A stretch of 62,223 nt of DNA, the filler included, from an uncultured bacterium (GTDB lineage: Bacteria > CAYJOG01), in NCBI GenBank assembly GCA_964371695.1. It is 15 parts of 15 records of this genome, joined end to end, with 100 filler letters (N's around TTAATTAATTAA, not from the genome) between each part and the next. Parts side by side here need not be neighbours in the genome. Positions count along the whole stretch, not along the records: positions 1 to 4,107 come from CAYJOG010000318.1; positions 4,208 to 8,313 come from CAYJOG010000319.1; positions 8,414 to 12,516 come from CAYJOG010000320.1; 12 more parts are not named here. One strand, 5' to 3'. Under the pieces are notes generated by a model. The model ran no database searches and was not told the DNA's origin. It saw only the letters and a list, made by a program, of their open reading frames with translations. Positions 1 through 8,949 of the stretch are shown piece after piece. Each line of letters begins with the position of its first letter. Position 1 is the first letter of the stretch. The position numbers and the translations under genes are program-made.

Positions 1-32
1 GGAACTGTGGCAAGGAAACCTGCCCGGTTTAT

Positions 33-188
33 GTTTTCTGGTTCGCCGGTTTCGTCCGTGAAACCTTACAAACAGCGCCGCACGGTTCAGCCCAGCCCGA
101 AAAGCCACGTCGGCTTTCTCTCACAAGGCCACTGCCAGGCAGGTACCGGCCATGCTGAACCGGCGGCGGAACGGGCCATCCATGGCCC
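33..188 (-). repeat. Structured dispersed repeat family R2, copy 1
   Basis: Aligns by eye with 30923-31086: first 25 nt identical, shared GGCCATCCATGGCC end, compensatory changes in the long stem. Confidence 0.85.
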
Positions 189-256
189 TTTTTCTTTCTG
201 ATTCTCCCCACTATCCCCGTACATTGCATTCCATGTCCGCGCCGTACAATGCCCCC

Positions 257-1429
257 ATGTCAAACGTGTCTCCCCCCCTCACCGGCCTGCGGGTGCTGGA
301 CCTCACCCGCCTTTTGCCCGGCCCGCTGGCGTCGCTGATATTGGCTGACCTGGGGGCCGAGGTGATCAAGATTGAAGAGCCGGGCCTGGGCGACTATGTG
401 CGCCACAGCCCGCCCTTTTTGTCCAATGGTCAGGGGGCCATGTATGCCGCCCTCAACCGGGGCAAAAAAAGCATCGCCCTCAACCTGAAAACCGAAGCGG
501 GTCGTCAGGCCCTGCTGCGGCTGCTGCCCACGGCAGACGTGCTGCTGGAAAGTTTCCGCCCCGGTGTGATGGACAAACTGGGCCTCACCCACGGGGCGCT
601 TCAGGCTGCCAACCCTCAGTTGATTCTGGTGTCCATGTCGGGTTATGGCCAAACCGGCCCCCTCAAGGATCGCGCCGGTCACGACCTCAATTACATGGCC
701 CTGTCGGGGGGGCTCAGCCTGAGCCATCACATGCCCGGTGTGCAGGTGGCCGACGTGGGCGGGGCCATGATGGCGGCGCTCTCGGTGCAGTCGGCGCTAC
801 TGGGGCGTTTGCGCCACGGTGCGGGGTTTCAGGCCATTGACGTGAGTCTGGCCGAGAGTGTGATTCCGTTTGGCGTCATCGCCCTGAGTGAATACCTGGG
901 CCACCAGAAACCCATCCGGCCCCACGGCTCCACGCTGTCGGGGGTGCTGGGCTGTTATCAGCTTTACACCACGCAGGATGGCCACACCGTGGCCTCAGCC
1001 CCGTTGGAGCCCAAGTTTTTCCAGAAATTCCTCATGGCCACCGGCCTGCCCGCCACCCTGCTGGGGGCCCAGTTCAGCGAAAGAAAACAGGATGAAGTCA
1101 AAGCCGAGATTGCGGCGTGGTATGCCGGGCGCACACTGGCCCAGGCCATTGCGGTGCTGGAGCAGGCCGACGCCTGCATCGAGCCGGTGCTCTCGCTGGA
1201 AGAAATGGTGAATCACCCCCACCATCAGGCGCGGGGGGTTTTTCCGCCCCCCACACAAGACGTGCCCCTGGCCATCCGCGTCACGCCCCTGGGGCTGAAC
1301 ACCACCCCGTTGGCCCCGGCCCCCGGCCTGGGAGAGCACAACGCCCTGCTGGCCTCGGTGGGTTATTCAGAAGAAGACGCCCTTGCCCTGGCCAAACAGG
1401 AGGGCAAAGCACCAGGGCGGATGATGTAG
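257..1429 (+). CDS. CaiB/BaiF family (class III) CoA-transferase
   Basis: LTGLRVLDLTRLLPGP, LGAEVIKIE, NRGKKSIALNLK, GHDLNY motifs; ATG 257 chosen because it follows a TACAAT box. Confidence 0.9.
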   Translation: MSNVSPPLTGLRVLDLTRLLPGPLASLILADLGAEVIKIEEPGLGDYVRHSPPFLSNGQGAMYAALNRGKKSIALNLKTEAGRQALLRLLPTADVLLESFRPGVMDKLGLTHGALQAANPQLILVSMSGYGQTGPLKDRAGHDLNYMALSGGLSLSHHMPGVQVADVGGAMMAALSVQSALLGRLRHGAGFQAIDVSLAESVIPFGVIALSEYLGHQKPIRPHGSTLSGVLGCYQLYTTQDGHTVASAPLEPKFFQKFLMATGLPATLLGAQFSERKQDEVKAEIAAWYAGRTLAQAIAVLEQADACIEPVLSLEEMVNHPHHQARGVFPPPTQDVPLAIRVTPLGLNTTPLAPAPGLGEHNALLASVGYSEEDALALAKQEGKAPGRMM

Positions 1430-1462
1430 CCGGGTTTTGCTCAACACCCTGATGGCGTCTGT

Positions 1463-2194
1463 TTACCGCCCCGGCTGCAAAAAGGCATAACCCACGCCGC
1501 TGCCGCGGCTGACACAACCGCTGCACAGGTGGTTGTAAATCTGGCTCACCTTGACGACGTAGTTTTTGGTTTCGCGGTAGGGGGGCACGCCGCCGTGTTT
1601 TTCCACGGCCTTTGGCCCGGCGTTGTAGGCCGCCAGGGCAAAGGTGAGGGGCTGGGCGGAATAACGGAACTTGTCCAGTTGTTCGCGGATGTATTTGACG
1701 GTGCCGTAAATGTTCTGCTCGTGGTCAAAGGAGTTGCTCACGCCCAGATATTTGGCGGTGCCCGGCATGAGCTGGCCCAGGCCCCGCGCCCCGGATCGGC
1801 TCACGGCCTGGGGTTTGAAGCGGCTTTCCACGCTGATCAGCCCCATCACCAGCCGGGGGTCCACGTTGAACTGATAACTTTTCTCCAGCACGTGATAGGC
1901 AATGACGGTGGCTTCCACGTCCACCAGATTCTTGTTGTAGAACAGCACCACCTGGAGGTAGTAGGGCAGGGCCGAGGCGATCATGCGGGCCTGGGATTCA
2001 GAGAGCTGGGGGCGGTATTGCCGCACCCAGGCCAGGTAATACTGGGCGTATTCCTGCATCTGGGGGGTGACGCGGGGCTGGGCGTAGTCCGCTGCCGCGG
2101 TCTGGCCATAGGGCGTCTGGGCTTTGAGGGCGGGGGCCGAAAGCGCGACGAAAACAGCGCAGGCGGCCACCGTCAGGGATCGACGTGTGAACAC
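1463..2194 (-). CDS. Lytic transglycosylase (SLT domain), secreted
   Basis: Signal peptide; VESRF, GARGLGQLMPGTA, ALAAYNAG and ETKNYV motifs. Confidence 0.9.
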   Translation of the reverse strand: MFTRRSLTVAACAVFVALSAPALKAQTPYGQTAAADYAQPRVTPQMQEYAQYYLAWVRQYRPQLSESQARMIASALPYYLQVVLFYNKNLVDVEATVIAYHVLEKSYQFNVDPRLVMGLISVESRFKPQAVSRSGARGLGQLMPGTAKYLGVSNSFDHEQNIYGTVKYIREQLDKFRYSAQPLTFALAAYNAGPKAVEKHGGVPPYRETKNYVVKVSQIYNHLCSGCVSRGSGVGYAFLQPGR

Positions 2195-2374
2195 GGGGCG
2201 GAAGTGTAAAGCAGGGGCTTTGTGATGGCAAACACAATTTCGGAATGCCTGAAACCCCTATTTAAAGAGCCTTAATGTCCGAAAATGCGCGGTTTGGAGC
2301 CAGCGCTTGGCCAGACACCGCGCTGTGGAATAATGCCCCTCTCTGGCAAAGGGTCCAGGGGAAAGGAAAAAGTC

Positions 2375-4039
2375 ATGAGTTTTTCAGCCAACACACAAAT
2401 CACCAGCCAGCGGGTGCAATCCTCGCTGGAGGAATTTGCCCTGCAGGTGGAAGCCTACAAGAAAGGCGAAATGAGCGACGACGACTTCCGCAAAAAGCGG
2501 CTCTGGTTTGGTGTGTATAAAGAGCTGGGCTTTTTCATGCAGCGGGTGAAGCTGCCCTATGGCCGCGTGAGCGCCCCCCAACTGCGGGTGATGGCGGACC
2601 TCACGCGCCAGTACAGCAAAAACCTGAGCCACCTCACCACGCGGCAAGACCTGGAGTTTCATTGGATGAGCATTGATGACCTCGTGCCCAGTTGCCGCGA
2701 ACTGCTCAAGGCCGACCTGCACAGCCGCGAGGGCTGCGGCGACACCGTGCGCAACATCACGGGCGATTTCCGCGCCGGTTACATCGCCGATGAAGTATTC
2801 GATTACCGCCCCTATGCCGAAGGGGTCTATCAGCATTTTCTGCTGCGCCCGGAGAACCAGCGCATGCCTCGCAAGTTCAAAATCAGCTTCAGCAGCAACG
2901 CCGATGATCACGGTCTGGCGGTGATTCACGACGTGGGTCTGATCTGCGCCGAGCGCACCCTCGCGGACGGCGCAAAAGAGCAGGGGTTCCGCCTGCTGGC
3001 GGCCGGGGGGCTGGGCAAAACGCCCCGCGTGGCCCACGAACTGCGCCCCTTCATATCGTTTCAGGAACTGATTCCCGCCTGCGAGGCCATCGTGCAGTTG
3101 TTCGACGAACACGGCAACCGTGAAAACCGCAAACGCGCCCGCCTGAAATATGTCGCGTTTGAATGGGGCGAAGAAAAGTTCAACGCCACGTTTGAGCGGC
3201 TCTTTGCCGAGCGCCTCAAGGCAGTGCAGAAACCCTTTGAATTCCCGCCTTACGAAGAACCTGTCCCGGATATTCAGGCCGAAACATTCAAGCCGGATGG
3301 CGCCGACCCAGACCTGCAGGACTGGTTTGACGTGAACGTGATTGCCCAGAAACAGACCGGCTTTTACATGGTGCAGGTGCCCCTGGAACTGGGAGACGTG
3401 ACCAGCGAACAACTGAACGACCTCGCCAGCCTCACCGAGCGGTTTGGCAACGGCCATGCCTGTGTCACGCAGTCGCAGAAGTTTGTCTTCAAATGGGTGG
3501 CGGGCCAGCAACTCACCGCCATGTACGGCAAGCTGAAGGCCATGGGCCTGAGCGCGCCCGAAGTGGGGCGCATCACCGACATCGTGGCCTGCCCCGGCAC
3601 GGATTTCTGCGAAATCGGTTTCGCCAGTTCCATCCAGATGTCCAAGGTGCTGCGGCGTGAACTATTGGGGCGCGGCGCGCAACTCAAACAGTTCGGGCCG
3701 TTCCGCATTCACATCAGCGGCTGCACCAACAGTTGCGGCCAGCACCACATCGGCAACATCGGCCTCATCGGCTACCGCGACGTGCGCGGCGGTGTCACCC
3801 GCGACCTGTTCCAGATTCTCATTGGCGGCGGGGCCGACGCCACTGGCCAAAATGTGGTGGGCGAAAAATTTGGCCTGTCGGTGCCCGCCGCCGATGTGCC
3901 CGGCTGGGTTAACAAATTGCTGGATTTTTACCTGCGAGAACGCCAGGGCGCTGAAACCTTCAAGCAGTTTGTGGTGCGCCTGGGGGCCAAAAACATCGCC
4001 GACGTGTTGGGCGCACGGGCCAAAAAAGCCAAGGTGTAG
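2375..4039 (+). CDS. Siroheme/[4Fe-4S] nitrite/sulfite reductase
   Basis: TTRQD, PRKFKI, CPGTDFC and SGCTNSCGQH cofactor motifs; purine-rich RBS before ATG 2375. Confidence 0.9.
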   Translation: MSFSANTQITSQRVQSSLEEFALQVEAYKKGEMSDDDFRKKRLWFGVYKELGFFMQRVKLPYGRVSAPQLRVMADLTRQYSKNLSHLTTRQDLEFHWMSIDDLVPSCRELLKADLHSREGCGDTVRNITGDFRAGYIADEVFDYRPYAEGVYQHFLLRPENQRMPRKFKISFSSNADDHGLAVIHDVGLICAERTLADGAKEQGFRLLAAGGLGKTPRVAHELRPFISFQELIPACEAIVQLFDEHGNRENRKRARLKYVAFEWGEEKFNATFERLFAERLKAVQKPFEFPPYEEPVPDIQAETFKPDGADPDLQDWFDVNVIAQKQTGFYMVQVPLELGDVTSEQLNDLASLTERFGNGHACVTQSQKFVFKWVAGQQLTAMYGKLKAMGLSAPEVGRITDIVACPGTDFCEIGFASSIQMSKVLRRELLGRGAQLKQFGPFRIHISGCTNSCGQHHIGNIGLIGYRDVRGGVTRDLFQILIGGGADATGQNVVGEKFGLSVPAADVPGWVNKLLDFYLRERQGAETFKQFVVRLGAKNIADVLGARAKKAKV

Positions 4040-4042
4040 AGT

Positions 4043-4107
4043 AGAACCCATCTCATAAATGTCTATGAGATGGGTTCTGCAGTCCAAGGATGGACTGCCC
4101 CGAAAAC
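4043..4107 (+). repeat. R1 MITE-like element, partial copy cut by contig end
   Basis: Perfect 15-bp inverted repeat AGAACCCATCTCATA/TATGAGATGGGTTCT, then hairpin GCAGTCCA-AGGA-TGGACTGC, then CCGAAAAC as in other copies. Confidence 0.75.
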
Positions 4108-4207
4108 NNNNNNNNNNNNNNNNNNNNNNNNNNNNNNNNNNNNNNNNNNNNTTAATTAATTAANNNNNNNNNNNNNNNNNNNNNNNNNNNNNNNNNNNNN
4201 NNNNNNN
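4108..4207. other. Artificial contig spacer N44-TTAATTAATTAA-N44; identical spacers start at 8314, 12517, 16713, 20877, 25037, 29189, 33340, 37489, 41637, 45778, 49916, 54030 and 58132
   Basis: Identical 100-bp block with stops in all six frames; flanking contigs decrease monotonically in length. Confidence 0.99.
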
Positions 4208-6008
4208 CGCGCCACATCAGGCGCGTGCCGCCGCCCGCCTCGCTGCCCAGTCCCCAGCACCACACCGCTGCCCCCACCAGAAAAAGCTCCACCAGCAGCA
4301 TCAGCAGACCCTCGCCGGGCCACAACTGGCCCATGAGCCACACCAGCCACAACATGGTGCCCGCCAGCAGCAGGCCCATGAGCTGTTTGAAGCGCAGCAT
4401 CCACGGCCCCGGTTTGGGCACATAGGCCAACAGGCTGGGCCAGGCCGTGAGCACCACATAAGGCAGCGCCAAGCCAAAACCCATCACCTCCAGCAGCAAA
4501 AGGGTGTGTCCCCCCGGCTGGCTCAGGGCAAACCCCAGCACCGGCGACAGAAACGGCGCGGTGCAGGGCGTGGCCATGGCGGTGGCCAGCACGCCGCTGA
4601 AAAAACTCCCCGCCAGACCCTGCCGGGCCGAGAGCCGCGCCGCCGCGCCGCCCCCCTGAAAGGTCAGCTCAAACGCGCCAAACAGGTTCAGCGCAAACAC
4701 CAGCATGATCACCGCCATGCCCATCACAAAAAAAGGGTTGCTGAACTGTATGCCCCAGCCCACCGCCTTGCCCGCCCGCGACAGGGCCATGATGCCCGCC
4801 GCCAACACGCCAAAGCTCACCAGCACGCCGCCGGTATAAGCAAACGCCCCGGCTAGCGGTGTGCCCGTGTGGCCGTGGGCGTCTTTGACAAACCCCAGCA
4901 CCTTGATGGCCAGCACCGGCAACACGCAGGGCATCAGATTCAGCAACACGCCCCCCACCAGCGCCATCAGCAGCAAGAGCGGCAGGGTGGGGCTGGCGTG
5001 CAGGGTGTGGTCTGCCGCCAGCAGGCCGCCGCCCGGTGGCGGGGGCAAGCCGCCGGTGGACTGCCCCGGCGCGGTGGTGGGCGTTGTTGCAGGGGCCTGA
5101 CCGGTGGATTTTTTCAGCGGCAGTTGCAGGCGGTGGGCCACTGTTTCGCCGTTCAGGTTCAGCACCACCAGCGCGCCAAGAGTGGCGGGAATGTCGCCAC
5201 CCCCCTCGATTACCTCCAGGGGCACGGTCACGGCAAGGCCGTTGTAGCGGGGCGGCCCCGGTAGCAGGGCGTGCTCGGCCTCGGCCTGAGATTCGGGGTC
5301 AAAAGCCAACTGGTCGCCGGGTGACTTGGGCGTGAAGGTGAGGGTGAGGGCGGCGCTTTTGCCCGGCGTGAGGGTGGGGGAGGACACCGTAAAGGTGTAA
5401 GGGGCTTTTTCCGGCCCCGGATAATCTGGCGGCGTCAGCTTTTTTTCACGGGCCAGATAGGCGTCTTCCACCCCCTGCGCCGTGTCCACGGGCAGGGAGA
5501 GGGTGAGGTCTTCCTTTTGGGCGAAGCACTGCTCGGCGCACACGCCAAAACGTAGGTTGGCCGTGAGGGTGACTTCCTTTTCCGCCACCTGGGCCGGGGG
5601 CGTGAGGGGCACAAAATAGGTCGCCTGGATGGTATAGGCGTAGCTCTCGATTTTTTCGCCGCCCCCCAAGTCGGTGCGCAGCACACGGGGGCGCTGATAG
5701 AGCACGTCACCGGCCTTGAAGCCCTCCGGCAGCGTCCAGTTCAGCGTGGGGGCCAGCCCCGCGCCGCCAGGGTTTTGCCAATACACATGCCAGCCGGGGT
5801 CCAGCGTCACCAGAATGGCCAGCCAGGTGGTCTGGCCGGGCACCAGCACGGGGGTGAGGGGTTTCAGTTCCACCTGGGCGTGTTGGGGCGGTGCGCCGGG
5901 GCCGCCCAAAGGCAGGGCCAGCGCGGGCAGGCCGTGCATCAGACCCAGCAACAGGGCGCTCAACAAAAACCGAAAGGGAAGGCGTGAAAAAAGGTGGTGC
6001 CGGGTCAT
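4208..6008 (-). CDS. dsbD: Protein-disulfide reductase DsbD family (3' truncated by contig end)
   Basis: GWHVYWQNPG, CAEQC, LNLMPCVLPV, TPCTAPF and PKPGPWM motifs; multiple TM helices. Confidence 0.88.
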
Positions 6009-6332
6009 GGGGCTGAAACGATTGTAGCGGGGGTTTGGTTCCCGGCAGGTCAGGGTGGGGAAATGAGGCCCCGTGGGGATGTGGCGCCGGCATCTTGCCT
6101 GCGTTCATACAAAAAGGCTTTCTTGCTCAGTGGGGCGGGGGTGACCCCCCCCCAGAAAAAAAAAGGACAGAAAACCTTTTTATTGGAATGGCGGGCGGGG
6201 ACTCCCGCCTCACTGTCCGCCTCACCCCACGGTCCCTCCCCCCAAAAAAACCGGAGGGCAATGACTTGATTTTGCCACCCGCAAAGTGATAATGAATCTC
6301 AATAAGATTCGATCAGTGGCCCGGAGGATTTC

Positions 6333-6815
6333 ATGAAGACTACTTTTACTCGTTTTTTCACACCGTTCAAAGCCACGTTGGTGCTGGCCGCCCTGTTGGC
6401 GGTGCAGACGGCGCTGGCGGGCCAGCCAGCCACGTGGGTCAAACCCGCCGCCCCGCCCAATCTGGCCCGCGGCAAGCAGGTTTACTTCAAATATTGTGTG
6501 TATTGCCACGGCCGGTTTGGCAAGGGAGACGGCCCGGCGGGCAAGCCCCTGCCCAAAAACCCCGCCAATCTTTCAGACCCCAAGTTCATGACCATGGAGC
6601 CGGACGACGAGCTGTTCAAGGCCATCTCTGGCGGCGGCGGTGCGGTGGGTGAAAGCCCCTTTATGCCTGCGTTTGGTTACACACTCTCAACCAAGGATAT
6701 TCAGGACGTGCTGGGTTTTGTGCGCAAGCAGTTCTGCAAGTGCCAATACGACCCCCGCAAAGCCAAGGCCCACATGCTGCACGAAAAAACGCAGCACGAA
6801 AAAAAGTCGCCTTAA
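6333..6815 (+). CDS. Monoheme cytochrome c, secreted
   Basis: Signal peptide, CVYCHG heme motif, GKGDGP, MPAF distal Met. Confidence 0.9.
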   Translation: MKTTFTRFFTPFKATLVLAALLAVQTALAGQPATWVKPAAPPNLARGKQVYFKYCVYCHGRFGKGDGPAGKPLPKNPANLSDPKFMTMEPDDELFKAISGGGGAVGESPFMPAFGYTLSTKDIQDVLGFVRKQFCKCQYDPRKAKAHMLHEKTQHEKKSP

Positions 6816-6905
6816 CCAAAGGACGACGCGGGCGTTGGTCGCCGCCCCGACGGTTCTCCGGCAGGGCTTGGCGCAGCATGGGTAAACCATTACCATTCAA
6901 TTAAC

Positions 6906-7103
6906 ATGGAAAGCAAAACCGCCCGCCTCACGGTGCTCATCGACCCCGTTAAAAAACAGGCCTTTGAAAAGCTCTGTGCCGCCCAGGACCTGACGCCTTC
7001 TCAGGTGGTGCGGCAACTGATCCGCGAATACCTGAAAGAGCACGGTGTTTCTTACAGCACCAAAAGCAAAATCCGTAGCCCGGCCAGAAAAACGACAGGG
7101 TGA
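6906..7103 (+). CDS. CopG/ribbon-helix-helix DNA-binding protein
   Basis: ARLTVLID...FEKLC...TPSQVVRQLIREYL RHH pattern. Confidence 0.85.
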   Translation: MESKTARLTVLIDPVKKQAFEKLCAAQDLTPSQVVRQLIREYLKEHGVSYSTKSKIRSPARKTTG

Positions 7104-7165
7104 TGGTTTGTCAGCCTGAAAATGGTTGGCCGGTGCGAACTATCCCCAAGTCCGCTTTCCAGATG

Positions 7166-7378
7166 CCGTCATTCCCGCGAAAGCGGGAATCCAGTGAAGG
7201 AATAAGCAAAAAACCAGTTCTGGTGGGGCAAGATGCCTGCGCCACCAAAAAGCATAAAGAAAAAGGTCTGGTTTTTTTGTTTGATGCACGGACAGGAGTG
7301 TCCGTGCCACTGAAAGAGAAAAGAAAAAGGAGTTCTGTTTTTGTTTCAACTGGATTCCCGCTTTCGCGGGAATGACGG
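7166..7378. repeat. Inverted pair of 30-bp palindromic repeats (CCGTCATTCCCGCGAAAGCGGGAATCCAGT) enclosing two smaller REP-like hairpins
   Basis: 7349-7378 is the exact reverse complement of 7166-7195; identical third copy at 25202-25231; inner hairpins at 7221-7247 and 7286-7310. Confidence 0.9.
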
Positions 7379-7393
7379 AGTTTTGTGGATGGC

Positions 7394-8313
7394 TCAAGGC
7401 CTGTGGTTGGTGATGCAACCGCTCAGGGCCTCTGCCAAGTGTTCGTGATAATTACCCGCGCCGTTGGTTTTGAGCAGTCCCGCCTTGCTGAGTTGGAACT
7501 GCACCCGCGTGTTGGCCTCGCACAACATCACCGACACGTTGCGTTTGTGCAGCTTGCCGATGGCTTCTTCAAGCGTTTCAAGGCCGGTGATGTCCATGAA
7601 CGGCACATGCCGCAGGCGGATGATGAGGGTTTTGGGGTCGGTGTGGGTGTGGGCCAGGGCGCGCTCCAGGCTCTCTACCGCGCCAAAAAAGAACGGCCCC
7701 TCGATGGAATACACCAGCACGTCGGGGGGAATCGGCGGCAGGCCCTGTTCGGCCAGTTCGGGGCGCAGTTCTTCTTCGGACATGTGCTGCACTTCCACCG
7801 CCAACGACATGCGGTGCAGAAAGTTCAGCGTGGCCAGAATCACGCCGATGTTCACCGCCACCACCAAATCGGTGAACACGGTGAGCAGAAAGGTGATCCA
7901 CAACACCCCGATGTCCGAGCGCGGCGCGTGGCGGGTGATGTGCCAGAAGTGGTTCATCTCGCTCATGTTATAGGCCACCACAAACAGGATGGCCGCCAGC
8001 GCACACAGGGGCACGTTGGCCGCCAGGGGGGCCAGGGCCAGGATGATGACCAGCAGCGTGGCGGAGTGGATTACCCCCGCCAGGGGGCTGTTGCCGCCGT
8101 GGCGGATGTTGGTGGCGGTGCGGGCAATGGCGCCGGTGGCGGCGAAGCCGCCAAACAGCGGCGTCATGATGTTGGCCACCCCCTGGCCAATCAGTTCCTG
8201 ATTGGAGTGGTGCCGCGTGCCGGTCATGCCATCGGCCACCACGGCCGAGAGCAGTGATTCGATGGCTCCCAGCATGGCGATGGTGAATGCCGGGCCGATC
8301 AGCTCGATCATGC
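7394..8313 (-). CDS. SulP family anion permease with STAS domain (5' truncated)
   Basis: ESLLSAVVAD, NQELIGQG, TGAIART; STAS motifs GPFFFGA and MDITG. Confidence 0.92.
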
Positions 8314-8413
8314 NNNNNNNNNNNNNNNNNNNNNNNNNNNNNNNNNNNNNNNNNNNNTTAATTAATTAANNNNNNNNNNNNNNNNNNNNNNNNNNNNNNN
8401 NNNNNNNNNNNNN

Positions 8414-8709
8414 CGCTCAATCAGGCCCGCCAGATTCGCAAACCCCTCTTCGCTGCCCTCGGCCAGCAACGCGCCTTCTTCACGCCCCACACACACCGGC
8501 CCGTCGCCGTGGCGGTGCAGGCTCAGCATCGAAAGGGGCGTCTGACCCGCCGCCAGATCCCCCACCGCCTCCTGCAGGTGCAGTGTCTGACTGGGGGCGT
8601 CTTCACACAGGGCGCTGGCGAGTTCCCGCAGGCTCTGGGGACCGCCCCACAGTTGCACGGTGTCGGTGGTTTCATCCACCACGGCCATCACATCCAGGAC
8701 CCGGAGCAT
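8414..8709 (-). CDS. Small hypothetical protein, Imm32-like immunity protein (3' truncated)
   Basis: Internally repeated motif GGPQSLRELA / GSEEGFANLA; TAAAAT box 8 nt before ATG. Confidence 0.4.
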
Positions 8710-8949
8710 CGGCGGGTATTTTACCGAAAAAAACCCCTGGAATTTTTTTGTCAAATCTCCAATTCCGCCCTGGATAGTAGCTACCTGAACGTGCATCCCA
8801 CCCTCTGGCGACTCATTTCGTTTTCCAGCAGCCCCTATGGCTGGGCGTTGTCGGGCGGATTGGTGTTTTTGCTCAGCAGCCTGTTTTCGCTTGTTAAAGC
8901 GATGTATTGACCCGCTGCGGCAAACACCGAACCACCACAGACAAGCGTC

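Noticed and set aside
7-201. Similar short ORFs 7-201 and 30864-31115 (FSGSPVSS.KP..QRRT.QP.PK) as a small-protein family
   Set aside because: The similarity comes from the R2 repeat; substitutions preserve base pairing rather than amino acids, and starts and stops differ
4152-4163. Regularly spaced TTAATTAATTAA palindrome every ~4.1 kb, and ORFs ending in X...LIN
   Set aside because: Artificial six-frame-stop spacer embedded in N runs; not biological
7166-7378. Possible CRISPR array
   Set aside because: The repeats are inverted and dispersed, not tandem direct repeats with uniform spacers; no cas genes seen
7100-7418. ORFs with PSFPRKRES / VIPAKAGIQ / LDSRFRGND peptides
   Set aside because: Translations of the ATTCCC-N8-GGGAAT palindromic repeat
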